The notes below the pieces were generated by a model that did no database searches, was not told the DNA's origin, and worked only from the letters and a program-made list of their open reading frames with translations. Below are positions 1-13,269 of a DNA stretch of 64,000 bases, in pieces (the stretch's first letter is position 1; each line of letters begins with the position of its first letter). The position numbers and the translations under genes are program-made. Source of the DNA: Octopus sinensis. Taxonomy: Eukaryota. The stretch lies in the NCBI RefSeq assembly GCF_006345805.1, contig NC_043009.1, positions 24,924,001 to 24,988,000 on the forward strand. The letters are read 5' to 3'.

Positions 1-626
1 AAAATGCTTAGCGGTATTTTGTCTGTCTGAGTTCAAATTCTGCCAAGGTTGATTTTGCCTTTCATCCTTTCAGTGTCAATAGATTAAGTACCAGTTGTGC
101 ACTGGGGTCGATCTAATCAACTGGCCCCTTCCCAAAAATTTCAGGCCTTGTGCTTAGAGTAGAAGAGTATCTGAGCAAGAAGAAAAAGGTTTCAAGTTTC
201 AAGTCAATGTATAATGCAGCAGGGTTTGGAATGATAGTGATAATGTTTGACTGTTTACACTACATGTTTACACTACATGTTTATTTGCATATCAGAAAAT
301 GGGGTAAACCATTTACATATCAGAATGTGTGCTATAGCCCTACATGGGAATGAAAAATGTGGGGATTGAACCCTCGTTGTTTGGTTCACTATTTACTTAT
401 AATACTCATTCAGAGCATATACACATTCAGACATCACAACAGCAGCAGCAACAACAACAATAACCACCGCTAAGCTCACTATATATATATAAATGAGGTC
501 ACAATAAAACACAATAGTTTTGTAATCAAATTTCCACTGAAATACAATGACTTTTGTTTCAATTAATTTAGAAAATTAACAAAGAATTTAGTAAAATAAC
601 TTCATTATATTATTAAGCTCGGTGTT

Positions 627-845
627 AAGGTGGCAAGCTGGCAGAATCATTAACACACTGGGCAAAAATGCTTAGGAGCATTTCGTCCATTTTTACATTC
701 TGATTTTAAATTCCACTGAGGTCGACTTTGTCTTTCATTGTTTCAGGGTCGATGAAACAAACACCAGTTGAACATTGGGGTCAATGTAATCGACTCCCTG
801 ATTATCCGCCAAATTTTAGGCCTTGTGCCTATAGCAGAAAGGGAT
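627..845 (+). mobile_element. SINE family B inserted into an AT-rich repeat, with a probable TSD
   Basis: Flanked by attattaagct at 609-619 and 844-854; CpG-decayed. Another partial copy at 1-160. Confidence 0.8.
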
Positions 846-1389
846 TATTAAGCTTGGCGCTTGGAACATAAGTTACCATAAAATTTTGATGGAAGGTTTT
901 TAATTTGGAACATTAAGAGACAGGGAGATTGCCCCTGTTCTACAGAACCAAGAGCCAGTCTTTGGTTAGTCACAGAACACATAGACTTATAGAATCATAC
1001 AATATTTAACCTTTTTTTGTTACCATATTCCTATTGAAATGCATGCTTTATTTCAATATATTTTGACGACAATGAAGAATTTAAGTAAAATAACTTTGCC
1101 ATTATTAAGATGGTGTTTAGATAATTTTAAAACAGGATGTTTGAATCAGGTTTAGTCTCACACAGGTTGGCAACAAAATATGTATGGTGGATTCTCAATA
1201 CCTGGGGGAGTGATAGGAGTGCCATTATTGATGCAGGAATTACCATAAATAGAGCCACCCCTCTCTTCAGGTCTAGAAACAGAGAGAGAGAGATAGACAG
1301 ACAAACAGAGAAGAGAGAAAAGAATTGATTTTATTTAGTATGTGAATGATCTTAGTTTATCCTTCATTTCAACAATGACCAAGGACGTC

Positions 1390-1550
1390 ACATGGGAGAA
1401 GAAGAAGATGGGGCAAGAGTTGTCAGGCTGTGACCGATCGGTTTGATGCATGCTCGGAATGCTTTGCTGCAAGGTGTGCCCTTGAGGTCTGCTGGGACTG
1501 AAGGAAAGAGCTTGGCTCTGGACTTGGGCAATCTGCATTTTATTTGTACC
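1390..1550 (-). pseudogene. Possible degenerate C-terminus of a LINE ORF2 (CR1/L2-like)
   Basis: Minus-strand peptide RAKLFPSVPADLKGTPCSKAFRACIK resembles the RGAKLWNSLPxxIRxxxSLxxFKxxLK motif at LINE ORF2 ends; weak. Confidence 0.25.
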
Positions 1551-2352
1551 CCCTTGATAATTAAAGGATACAAATATATATATAGATAGATTGATAGATA
1601 GATAGATAGATAGATCGATAGATAGATAGACAAACAGACAGACAGACAGATAGATAGATAGACAAATAGACAGACAGACAGATAGACAAATAGACAGACA
1701 GAGAGATACATAGACAGACAGATAGATAGACAGCTAGATAGATAGATAGAGACAGATATAGATAGATAGGTAGATAGACAGAAAGAGATAGATAGACAGA
1801 CAGACAAATAGGAAGGTCAATAAATAGACAGATGGACTTATTAGGCGAAACAGGTAGGTAGAACGAGTGGGGAGAGATAAATAGAGAAATAAAAAGGTAA
1901 GATAAATGTAAACATGAGAAATCCAGGAAACCATAATATATGTGAGCACATGGATAGAAATGTGTGTGAGAAAGAGAGAGAGAATAGTGTGTGTGTTTAT
2001 GTCATGCATAAATGTATGTATGTATATATATAAAATTGACAGTGTGTGTGTGTGTAAGTGAATACACATGTGAATGTAAGTGTATACATAACTGGAATTT
2101 TAACGTGAACAAGAGCATATTTTGATTAAGTGTATAAATATTTATAGAAAATGTGGGTGTATATGCATGTGTATATGGTGAACAAGTGTGTTTTGGTTGA
2201 AGTGTGTCTAAATGTGTCAATGCATTTAATTATATATATGTGTGTGTTTGAGTGTGAGTGTGTCTGTATCTGTGTGTGGGTATGTAAGGGCTGATATGTA
2301 AAGTGTATTTATACCAAGTAAGTGTGTATAAGAATAAGGCATTTAAACTATA

Positions 2353-2600
2353 CATCATCATCATCATCATCATCATCGTTTAACGTCCGTTTTCCGCGCT
2401 AGCACGGGTTGGACGGTTTCGACTGGGGTCTGGGGAGCAAGGGACTGCCCCAGGCTCCAGTCTAGTCTGGCAGAGTTTCTACAGCTGGATGCCCTTCCTA
2501 ACGCCAACCACTCCGCGAGTGTAGTGGGTGTTTTTTACGTGCCACCTGCACAGGAGCCAGAGGGGTCTGGCATCGGCCACGTTCGGATGGTGCTTTTTTT
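2353..2600 (-). mobile_element. RTE-type LINE/SINE 3' end with (GAT)n tail
   Basis: (cat)n then cgtttaacgtccgttttcc...ggatgcccttcctaacgccaaccac; same family in forward orientation at 3865-4108 ending in (gat)n. Confidence 0.65.
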
Positions 2601-3133
2601 ATGTGGGGGGGGGGGGGTGCAGAAAAATAGGGGAGCACCAGTGGGGAGGGGTGGTTCAGAGAAATGATGACAGGTTCTAGGCAAGTAGAACGTAGGATAT
2701 CAAGAGAGGGGTAATGCATGGTGAAATAGCGTATTGAAGAGGGGGGTTTGAAGAGTAGACACCTATTATGGTGGGGGGGAGAGCGACATCCGGGATGGAT
2801 GGAGCAAAAATATAGAGATCCAGTATTGGTGGTGGGGGTGGGCAGGGCGGGTGCACCGCGAATACACGATGGTTGATGAATACACGAGAGGCGAGATGGG
2901 TAATGGATAAATTAGTTAAAATAATTAGATAGATATAGAAATTAGTGAAAAATAGTTAGATAGATAAGAAGCATGTATGATTGATGGGGAAGTGAAATAA
3001 TAAATAAGCATTCAACTTATCTGTTAGATGAATGAATGAATGAAAGAGCAGAAGTTTGGGGCTGCGTTTTTTTTTTTAAATAAAGATTGTCCGGAGGAAG
3101 AAGGTGCGAATACACGATGGTTGATGAATACAC

Positions 3134-3173
<40 letters not shown>

Positions 3174-3639
3174 TATATACATATATATATAAACACATAT
3201 ATATATAAAAGGAACAAAAATGCAACAGAGGACATTAAAATATTCGGACAGATAGAAGATACAAAGATGGATAACAAAAACAACAATTAGAAGGACAGGC
3301 AAAAGAAAGACGGGTCATTCGTGGCTTTCTTTCCTCAGTCAAGTTCCAGAAGTCACAACCATTTCGGGCAGTTACACTTGAGATGGTTTGATCTGGTTGC
3401 CCCCAAAAAGTCAAAGCTAAGAGCATTAGACCCCTTTGTAAGAAAGCTAGCAAATGTGTACAGCAACAAAGACAAAAAAAAAAAAACCCCTGAGAACATG
3501 GTGTGTGTGTGTGTGTAGGGGACCAAAGACTCCCGGCCATTTGCTGTATTTGAAAAGACATGTCAAGCTAAATAAAAGCATGCTTGCCCTTGCATACAGG
3601 CTCATTCCTTGCAACCCTCTCCAGCTGAGTGTCCCTAAT

Positions 3640-3864
3640 CTTATTTCTTTATTGCCCACAAGGGGCTACACACAGAGGAGACAAACAAGGACAGACAAAG
3701 GGATAAAGTTGATTACATCGACCTCAGTGTGTAACTGATACTTAATTTATCGACCCCGAAAGGATGAAAGGCAAAGTTGACCTCGGCGGAATTTGAATTC
3801 AGAACGCAGTGGCAGATGAAATACCACTAAGCATTTCGTCTGGCAGGCTAACGTTTCTGCCAGC
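3640..3864 (-). mobile_element. SINE family B
   Basis: atcgaccccgaaaggatgaaaggcaaagttgacctcggcggaatttgaattcagaacg. Confidence 0.85.
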
Positions 3865-4108
3865 TCACCACCTTTCTTGCAGGCTCAGAGGTGCTGGTGC
3901 CATGTAAAAAGCACCTAAGGTAGTACCACATAAAAAGTACCCAGTACATTCTATAAAGTGGTTGGCATTAGGAAGAGCATCCAGCCATAGAAACCATGCC
4001 AAAACTGACATGAAGCCTGAACAGCCCTTCGACTGGTCAGCTCCTGTCAAACCGATCAACCCATGCCAGCATGGAAAACAGACATATGATGATGATGATG
4101 ATGATGAT
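3865..4108 (+). mobile_element. RTE-type 3' end with (GAT)n tail, CpG-decayed
   Basis: gtggttggcattaggaagagcatccagcc...catgccagcatggaaaacagacatatgatgatg. Confidence 0.65.
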
Positions 4109-4109
4109 G

Positions 4110-4660
4110 GAAGCGTGGATGTGTGGTAAGAAGCTTGCTTCCCAACCACATGGTTCCAGGTTCAGTCCCACTGCACGCTTTATACTATAGCCTTGCACCG
4201 ACCAAAGCCTTGTGAGTGGATTTTGGTAGACAGAAACCGAAAACAGCCCATCATATATATATATATATGGATGTATGTATACGCATGCATGCATACATAC
4301 ATACATGCATACATATATGAGTTGGCATGATAGATCGTTAGCCACTACACACATTTTTTCTCTCGTTTTTTCTGTGTCCCTTTCTGTAGAAGAGCGTAGG
4401 CTACAAACGTAAAAAGACTTTTTCTATTCCTGAGCGTTATACTAATACATCGTCTTTTGTTTTATATATATATATTTGTGTGTGTGTGTGTTTGTCCCTG
4501 CACCATCACTTGACAACTGATGCTGGTGTGTTGCTGTTCGGCAAAAGAGACCAATAGAATAAGTACTAGGCTTACAAAGAATAAGTCCTGGGGTCGATTT
4601 GTTCGACTAAAAGGCAGTACTCCAGCATGGCCGCAGTCAAATGACTTAAACAAATAAAAG
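4110..4660 (+). mobile_element. SINE family A interrupted by the hammerhead-bearing repeat
   Basis: Head 4110-4255, tail 4480-4660, insert 4321-4462 in the internal microsatellite. Confidence 0.75.
4321..4462 (+). mobile_element. Second copy of the hammerhead-bearing repeat, nested in the microsatellite of a family A SINE; core decayed
   Basis: High similarity to 19374-19490; motif reads ctgtagaa-gagc-gtag-gcta-caaa-cgt (GAAA changed to CAAA, stem II broken). Confidence 0.7.
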
Positions 4661-5999
4661 AATATACATATGATGATGATGATGATATATATATATGTGC
4701 GCCAAGTATAAGGATCTGTATGTATATGCGTATTAATCTCAAGAGAGTGTATATGTATGTGATGTGAAAGCATGAATATATATTATGCATGTATGTTTAT
4801 CAAGCAATGTATGTGTATTTCTGAAATGATGTGTGTATGTAAGCATACTCATTTGTCAGAGTGTGTAACTTGATGTACAAGTATGAGAATGCGTGTGTTC
4901 AAACATTCATGCGTTTGAGTGACTGCGTGTATATGGATGTGTGAAGTGATGCACTTGTGTTAATGCATACAGCTGAATGTGTACGTGTTTGTGTGTGTGT
5001 GTGTAGAAATGTATATTGCTTTAATGTGTGTATATGTGTGAGATTATAGACAATATTGAAATATATCGAGAGAGAGAGAGAGGCTGAAGTAGAACTGTGT
5101 GTGTAGCTGGTGGTTATAAAGAAGAAAGTTGAGTGGCTGTGAGTGTGTATGCATGTATGTGTGTCAGTGTGTGTGTGTGTGCAATGCCCTTGTGATAGCG
5201 GAATATCAATTTAGTTAAGACAGAGAAGGAGAGAAAGATAGAAAGAATGAACGAGAGCAAGAGAGAGGGGGAGAGAGAGAGAGCGTGTATGTGTATGTGT
5301 GAGCAGGATAGTTGAAAGACAGCAAGTAACGGAAAGGAAAGAGAGGGAGAGAGAGGGAGGGAGGAAGAGGGAGAAGGGGAAGAGGTGTCAGTTTTAGCTG
5401 GTCAAGAAGGAAAATGAAAACTGACCACAGCAGAGTGTTACCATGGAGATTGAAGAATTGACCAGCAAAGTGTCCATTCTAGAGGTTGGCATGTATTGAA
5501 TATAGATTAGAGAGAGAGAGAGGGAGAAAGGGAGAGAGAGAGAGAGAGAGGGGGGGGAGGGAGAGAGTGATGCTGCCAATTCTAACCAGAAAATGGTAGA
5601 GAAACTGGCTATTAATGCTGGTGTGGCATCAGGTCTCACACAACATCTGCTAGGATATATATATATATATATATATACATACATACACACACACATATAT
5701 ACACATACACACATGCGATAAATAAATATATTTGCAAATATATATATATATACATACATACACATAGACACACACACAGACATATATAGAGGATTATCAT
5801 TTTCATATATGTTGTATACAACCATTCACCAAAGTATCTATACACCTACATTCTTCTTATATACATACAGACATATATATATATGTCTTATACATTTGTA
5901 TATGAATGCTTTCTTTATATATACATGTTTTTCTATGCATTTCTGTATATTTGCATATCTATCTACCTACCTATCTATCTGGTTACATCATCATGGACT

Positions 6000-6300
6000 C
6001 TCTCGTCGTTAGATGATGTATGAAGGTGTGGTAACTTCTTGCCGCCGAACAACCACGCAGACAATTTGCTTATAGCGGTGAAGTGTCTGTGTACACATAA
6101 GCTCACTCCCCTCCATCAAATCGACATTACCTGAACAGGTGTGCATCGAGTGCCATATATCAGATGACAAACTGATCGCAGAGCGACGCGAAATGAAGTG
6201 CTCTGCTCAAGAACGCAATGCAACGCCTGTTCTGGGAATCGAGACCATGATCTCGCAATCGTGAGTGCAACACCCTGACCACTAAACCATGCACCTTCCC
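6000..6300 (-). mobile_element. tRNA-derived SINE family C (related copies 17130-17452 -, 29150-29415 -, 42585-42790 +)
   Basis: Minus head gggaaggtgcatggtttagtggtcagggtgttgcactc...gattcccag, followed by gttcttgagcagagcacttcatttc; the shared ttcttgagca(a)..cacttc motif occurs in all copies. Confidence 0.7.
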
Positions 6301-6820
6301 ATGTGTGTGTGCGCATGTGTATATATATATATATATACACATATATATATACATACACACACACATATATATACATACACACACACATATATATACATAC
6401 ACACACATATATATATATATATATATACACACACATATATATATATATACACACACACACACATATATATACATACACATATATATACACACACATATAT
6501 ATATATATATACACACACATATATATATATATACACACATATATATATATATACACATATATATATGCATACATATATATATATATATACACACACACAT
6601 ATCTATACACACACATATACATATATATATATATATACACACACACATACACATATCTATACACACACATAAACATATATATATACACATATCTACACAC
6701 ATATGTATCTATACACGTATACACACATACATATACACACACATATATATACATACACACACATATATGTACACACACACATATATATACACACACAGAC
6801 ACACATATACACATATATAT
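6300..6820. repeat. Compound (TA)n/(CA)n microsatellite (source of many spurious ORFs)
   Basis: Direct reading; similar tracts throughout, e.g. (GATA/GACA)n at 1570-1810 and 61410-61670. Confidence 0.95.
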
Positions 6821-6828
6821 TTGTATTC

Positions 6829-7040
6829 TTTTATTCTTTTACTTGTTTCAGTCATTTGACTGTGGCTATGCTGGAGCACCGCCTTTAGTCAAACAAATCG
6901 ACCCCAGGACTTATTCTTTGTAAGCCTAGTACTTATTCTATCGGTCTCTTATGCCGAACCGCTAAGTTACGGGGACGTAAACACACCAGCATTGGTTTGT
7001 CAAGCAATGTTGGGGGTACAAACACAGACGCAAACATATT
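6829..7040 (-). mobile_element. SINE family A, 3' half
   Basis: Reverse complement of the family A tail (cagtcatttgactgtgg...gccgaaccgctaagttacggggacg). Confidence 0.8.
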
Positions 7041-8039
7041 TACACGCACACACACACACACACACATGTGTGTGTGTGTGTGTGTGTGTTTATATATGTA
7101 TATATATATATTCACAGAATCATGTGGCTATCATAGTAGGCTCCTCTACAGGACCCGGCTAGCAGACAACATAATAATCCAACAGAGAGAAGAATAATGC
7201 AGAGTTCCATGAAGTTGAAATCTAGGAGACCTAATCGATGAGATTATTTCATAAGCTAATTATGAAAATGAAGACCGTCTGACAAATCCATTTACCATAG
7301 CAGGTTTTGTTCGGCCTGAGGCAACAGCAGAAGAAAATTGCCCAAGGTGCCATACAGCAGGACTGAACCCAGGATAATGTAATTGGGAAGTAAACTTCTT
7401 ACCACACAGCCAAGCATGTCTAAATGTATATGCATCTAATCATCCTTCTTCCTAAGTCTGTGCTTTTACCTGCTGGCATGTGTTGTCTCAGACATAATGA
7501 AGCCCTATTCTAGTGATGGATACCCTTATGGGTGTCACTCCTTATTTTTCAGTTGAGATATATATATTTGTCAACAAGTCTTCTTTCTAATGTAGAGACT
7601 AATAAAAATACCATGCTACAGGCCAGATCGCTTCCGAGAGAGACAGAAGGAACCTGACCCCCCACCTCACCCCTGGTCAAATTGTGTGAATGTGAAAAAA
7701 TGGGAAGATATGCATTCTGTCTTTCTCTCCCTCTCTCTCTCACACACACACCTTTCTTTCACCTGTTTTAATCATTAGACTGTGATCTTGCTGGGACACT
7801 GTCTTGGAGAATTTTCTAGTGGAATAAATCAACCCAAATAGATATTCTATTGGTCTCTTTTGCCAAACTGCTAAGTTGCAAGAATGTAAACACACCAATA
7901 TTGCCAGTGTGTAGAGGACATACACGAACACAAACACGCATGCACACACACGCACACACACACACGTGTGTGTATATATAAATATATATACATACACGAC
8001 AGGCTTCTTTTCATTTCTGCCTACCAAATCCTTTCTTCT

Positions 8040-8230
8040 ATTGACACAAGGCCTGAAACTTGGGGGAAGGAGATGAGTCAATTAGACTGACGCCAGTATG
8101 TAACTGGTACTTAATTTATTGACCCTGAAAGGCAAAAGTCAACTCCAGTGGAATTTGAACTCAGAATGTGAAGAAAGATGAAATACCACTAAGGTTTCGC
8201 CAGGGGTGTTAACGATTCCGCCAGCTCACC
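8040..8230 (-). mobile_element. SINE family B, CpG-decayed
   Basis: attgaccctgaaaggcaaaagtcaactccagtggaatttgaactcagaatg. Confidence 0.8.
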
Positions 8231-9471
8231 GCCTTTCCGTCTACCAAATCCACTCACAAGGCATTGGTCCACTTGAGGCTATAGTGAAAGACACTTGCTC
8301 AAGGTGCCCCGCAGTGGGACTGAACCCGGAACCATGTGGTTGGGAAGCAAACTTCTTACAACACAGCCATAATAGATATACACGCAATCACACACACATA
8401 AGAATGAGTGAACAAATGAACAGTAGTAGTACTCAATACATGGTGCTGTATTGACTGGGTAGCAGTCTGAATGATCTCTTCATGGTATTTATAGTTTCAC
8501 ACACACACACAACAGTCTTCTTTTAATTTTCATCTGCCAACCATTCACAACACTTTCCTTGGTTAAGCCAAAGTGCCATGCAGTGGAACTGAACCTAAAA
8601 TACACGATTTGAAAGCAACCTTCTTAGCCACACAGCTATGTTGCTTGTTATCGTTTCAACAACCACCTTTTCCATCACTTGCATGGGTCAGACAAGAATT
8701 CAATGAGGCAAATTTTCTAGGCCGGATACTCTTCCCGTCACCGACACTTCACCTGATTCCAGTCACAACACAACTTCCCCCCCCCCATGGCTGAACATTT
8801 TCCCACAGAAGACTGGAAACAAGGGATCTTGTTTGTATGACAGAGACATTGATTTTCAGCAATTGTATTATGTTGAGACATGGACACACACATGTATATG
8901 CAATTAATAATCTTGTATATGGATTAATTTGTTGACAACCCAACACCCCACCACAACTCATAAACTTGCTTATTTTCACAGCTGTAATTGCCACCAGGCG
9001 TACCACTCTCAGAAACTGACCATTTGGTCCTTGGTAAAGCCACTCAACTTCATACCTAGACATTGCTTCAAGTATGGACATGCCCTACATGCAGACTGAC
9101 ACAGACTGGCTCTTATGCCATAACAGGGTTGTAATTCCTTCTTTTACAACTAAGACAGACTGAGCCCACTAACACTGACTGTTCTACTAATCTCAGCTGA
9201 TACCAATCCTCCTAATCTACCAACATCCAATAGCCAAAGATTCTTAATTTTTATCACTTTGTGGATTGTTGCAGTATCCACAAGTATTTGCTGTAGTTCA
9301 CATGTAATGTAAACATCCAGGTGTAAACATGTAGTGCAAACATTCAAACATCATCACAATCTTTCCAAATCCTGCTGCATTCCACATGGAATTTTTGGTC
9401 CTTCAAAGTTGTCTTGGTGTATAACTGCTCCGCAACCATTTTTTACTTGCAGTATAATTATATTCTTTTCA

Positions 9472-9650
9472 AGGCATAGGAGTGGCTGTGTGGTAAGTAG
9501 CTTGCTTACCAACTAGATGGTTCCGGGTTCAGTCCAACTGTGTGGCACCTTGAGCAAGTGTCTTCTACTATAGCCTCGGGCTGACCAAAGCCTTGTGAGT
9601 GGAATTGGTAGTCAGAAACTGAAAGAAGCCCATCGTATACATGTGTGTGT

Positions 9651-9701
<51 letters not shown>

Positions 9702-9895
9702 ATGTTTGTCCTCACAAAATCGCTTGACAACTGATGCTGGTGTGCTTGCAGTTCAGCAAAAGAGACTGATAGAATAAGTACTAGGCTTACAAAAAATAAG
9801 TCCTGGGGTCGATTTGCTCGACTAAAAGCATTGCTCCAGCATGGCCACAGTCAGGTGACTGAAACAATTAAAAGAGTAAAAAGAGATTAAAAGAG
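9472..9895 (+). mobile_element. SINE family A, CpG-decayed copy
   Basis: Colinear with family A; accgat->actgat, ttcggc->ttcagc, cccgtc->cccatc. Confidence 0.85.
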
Positions 9896-11364
9896 TAAAA
9901 TTTGGTAGCACACCTGAACTAAAAATATAGAGAAGAGTGTAGGGACGAAAAAAATTTTATATTCAGGTTACACTGCAGCACACCTAGCATCATCCTGTTG
10001 GCACACCAATGTACCATGGCATACTGGTTGTGAAGCACTGGTGTATAAGATGACCAAGCTGTTTTGGCTGTAAAATTTGGTCTGAAAAATTTGACTTGTA
10101 TGTCAGAAAATATGGTAAAATGTCCAAGCAACTCCTTATTGGAATTCATTACACTTTACTGTTTTTAACACCAATATGACATCAACAACAACTAGGCCAG
10201 CATTAAGTAGTTCTGTGGTGAATGTAAACCCCTATAAGACCAAAGTGCTTTCAGCAACTCATTAAGCCCCACCTCCAGTTCTACCTGGAAATTCTTCAAT
10301 AATCATTCTTTATGCAATCATCCAACCAATGACATGTCCACCATCATACACTGACTCGTTTCCTACTTTCACCTTCGTCCTCTAGCCACCACTCTTGTCC
10401 ACATGCCCTGTACCTCCCTTAACTAGTAATTCATTTTCAAAATTAATAAGAATTTACCTTAACACCTAGCATTGGATAAGCCATTCAGCAAAATAAGCAC
10501 ATGCTTATGACATCGAAGAAAGGGGAGGGGAACCACAGAAATGGGAAATGGTTTATGGCACTAAAGAAATCACTTTAAATTTGCTATAATAATATTCAAA
10601 GTGATTTATATGATTGGGAATATAATTTTGAAGTGTTCATGGTGTCATAGTGAGGATCTGATCAAAGACTTTGTGATTACGAAAAAGAAAAAAAAAAATA
10701 GAGAGACAATTTATCAAATATAAATAAAGTGGAACCATGCAAAAATAAACATTATGAGAACTAAAAATGTATTTTATGGTTTATTATTGTTTATATTTTG
10801 AATTACTTATATTGGGGCGCCAAAACCTTTAAAGTGCTTCGGGCCTCTAATGGGTCTTAAATCTGGCCCTGCTAACAACCCTTGATCATTCTGTTGTTTC
10901 CTACTAACTTCACATCCAAATAAATATTTGACCAATTCTTCTTATCCTTAGTAGCAGGCTGACTACCATACATCCATGGATACTAACCATGCTCTTTGCT
11001 CCTTTTAATGCCTTCTCCTGTCTCCTGGTTCCTCAAACACTAACATTACACACCCTACAGAGCTTATTTGCTTCATTTCTTCCTCTGAAAGTCATTTGTA
11101 AGTCACATAAGTATAAGAGTTTTTGTATGTCTATGACATGGAGTCAAAATTAGTGACCACCCCCACTTATTTCTGTACTTACAAAGAACACATTGTAAAT
11201 TGCTGCTTGACCCTTTTCACACTAACCAACCCATCTGAAACCACCACTGGTTCTGTGACACCAAGTTCTTGTTTTAAAGGGATCTACATTGAATATTTTC
11301 CATCAGAATTTCATGATAGTTTATCTTTCAAACACCAGCTTAATATTCCTTTCTACTACAGGCA

Positions 11365-11570
11365 CATGATCTAAAATTTTGGGAGAGGGGAGGACGGAGT
11401 CTAGTCGATTAAATTAACCCCAGTGCATGACTGATACTTATTTCATCAACCCCAAAAAGATGAAAGGCAAAGTCAACCTCGGCAGAATTTGAACACAGAA
11501 TGTAAAGACGTATGAAATGCCACAAAGCATTCTGCTTGGTATGCTAACAATTCTGCCAGCTCACCTCCTT
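11365..11570 (-). mobile_element. SINE family B, CpG-decayed (another at 12025-12210)
   Basis: atcaaccccaaaaagatgaaaggcaaagtcaacctcggcagaatttgaac. Confidence 0.8.
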
Positions 11571-11592
11571 AAAAATAATAATAATAATAATA

Positions 11593-11975
11593 AGAGCACT
11601 GAGTGAGTGCAAACCTCCGCCAAGGCAACACCAATGTCCTCTCAATGATTAGCCGGAGATGATTTTAAAATGAGAATATCTGAAATAAACTCAACTGCTC
11701 TCACAAACGACAATACAGAAAATGAACCTGACCACTCTCAGAAATTAAGCAAAAAAACCCCCACAAAAAACAAAAAAAGCAGGAAAAATAATCCAGAATC
11801 CTTGTTCGGTAATGGATTGATCCCAAAATCTAATCAGTTTGTGCCAGAAGCAAGGCTTAACATCCCTGAGAATTTCATCCGAATCCATCCAGCGGGTCTT
11901 GAAACATCTTGTCCATGGACAAACAAACAAGCACGACCGAAAACAATACCTATGCCTTTGCTAATATGGAGATAA
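11593..11975 (+). mobile_element. Possible Helentron-associated (HINE-like) non-autonomous element
   Basis: 5' acctccgccaaggc, body with gaatttcatccgaatcc and acaaacaaac, degenerate 3' atacctatgcctttgc...ggagat; assignment from remembered architecture only. Confidence 0.4.
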
Positions 11976-12519
11976 TAATAATAATAATAATAATAACAAT
12001 AATAATAATAATAACAACAATAATTCTTCCTACTATAGGCACAAGGCCTGAATTTGGAGGTTAGAAAAGGAGTCTAGTTGATTACATCAACCCCAGTGCA
12101 TAACTGATATTTATTTTATGAAAAGGACGAAAAGCAAAATTGACCTGAGTGAAATTTGAACTCTGAACACAAAAACAGATGAAATGCCAGGAAACATTTT
12201 GTCTGCTGTGCTTGAAATAATGACAGTTATTTTCACTAAATTATTATTCGATATTTTCAAAACCAACCAAAACAAATCAAATCCGTTTCAATGGAAATAT
12301 GACAACAAAAGTGTTAAATTAAACACAAACTAAAGCTTAGTGGCTAGACTAATTTGCATATCATTCATTTAAGATCAGTGATTAAATAATTAATAGATAT
12401 TTATGCATAGCACTCTCTGTATGTATTGTATTAATTAGAAAACCTAATTACGATTGTTCAAGTTCATTGCTACAGTAGAACTTTGAATAAATATATCTGC
12501 ACCATTTTCTTGGTAACTC

Positions 12520-12840
12520 TTTACTCTTTTACTTGTCTCAGTCATTTGACTGTGGCCATGCTGGAGCATTGCCCTTTAGTCGAACGAATTGCCCCCAGGA
12601 CTTATTATTTGTAAGCCTAGTACTTTTGACAAATTGCTAAGCTATGGGGACAAAAACACAAACATATATATATATATACACGACAGGCTTCTTTCAGTTT
12701 CTGTCTACTAAATCCACTCACAAGGCTTTGGTTGACCTGAGGCTACAGTAGAAGACACTTGCCCAAGGTGCCATGCAGTAGAACTGAACCCGGGAACCAT
12801 GTATTTGGAAAGCAAACTTTTTACTACACAGCCACTCCTT
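12520..12840 (-). mobile_element. SINE family A, reverse, CpG-decayed
   Basis: Reverse complement of family A; ggtcggcccgagg->ggttgacctgagg. Confidence 0.8.
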
Positions 12841-13269
12841 TCTGTATACAGAAAAAATATGGAAACTAGTTTAGCTAATTACACATAAAGCTGAGTTCTG
12901 GATTGTGGTTGATTTAAATAGTGGATGCTATCTATAAGTTCTCTTTCTGGATAGAAGAATGGAGAGGGAGTAAGCTGTCCGTTGATGATGGAAGGGGGAA
13001 GATGCTGAATCCTGATGTCAGGGCAATCTCCTTTACTTTTTTATTTTTGAAGATGCAATATAGACAAAAAGACATATAAAGTGGACATAGGTGAAAAGAA
13101 AACGTGGCACAAAGGAAAAAGGCCACAAGCATAAGAGAGTAAAGTGGATACATAAGGGTGACAAGAAGAGAATATGAGGGACACACAGAGAAGGGTAAGG
13201 GGTCACACATCATATATCAGAGAAAGTGGGGAGAGACAGACAGATAGAAAGGGAGAGTGGTATCCATTA

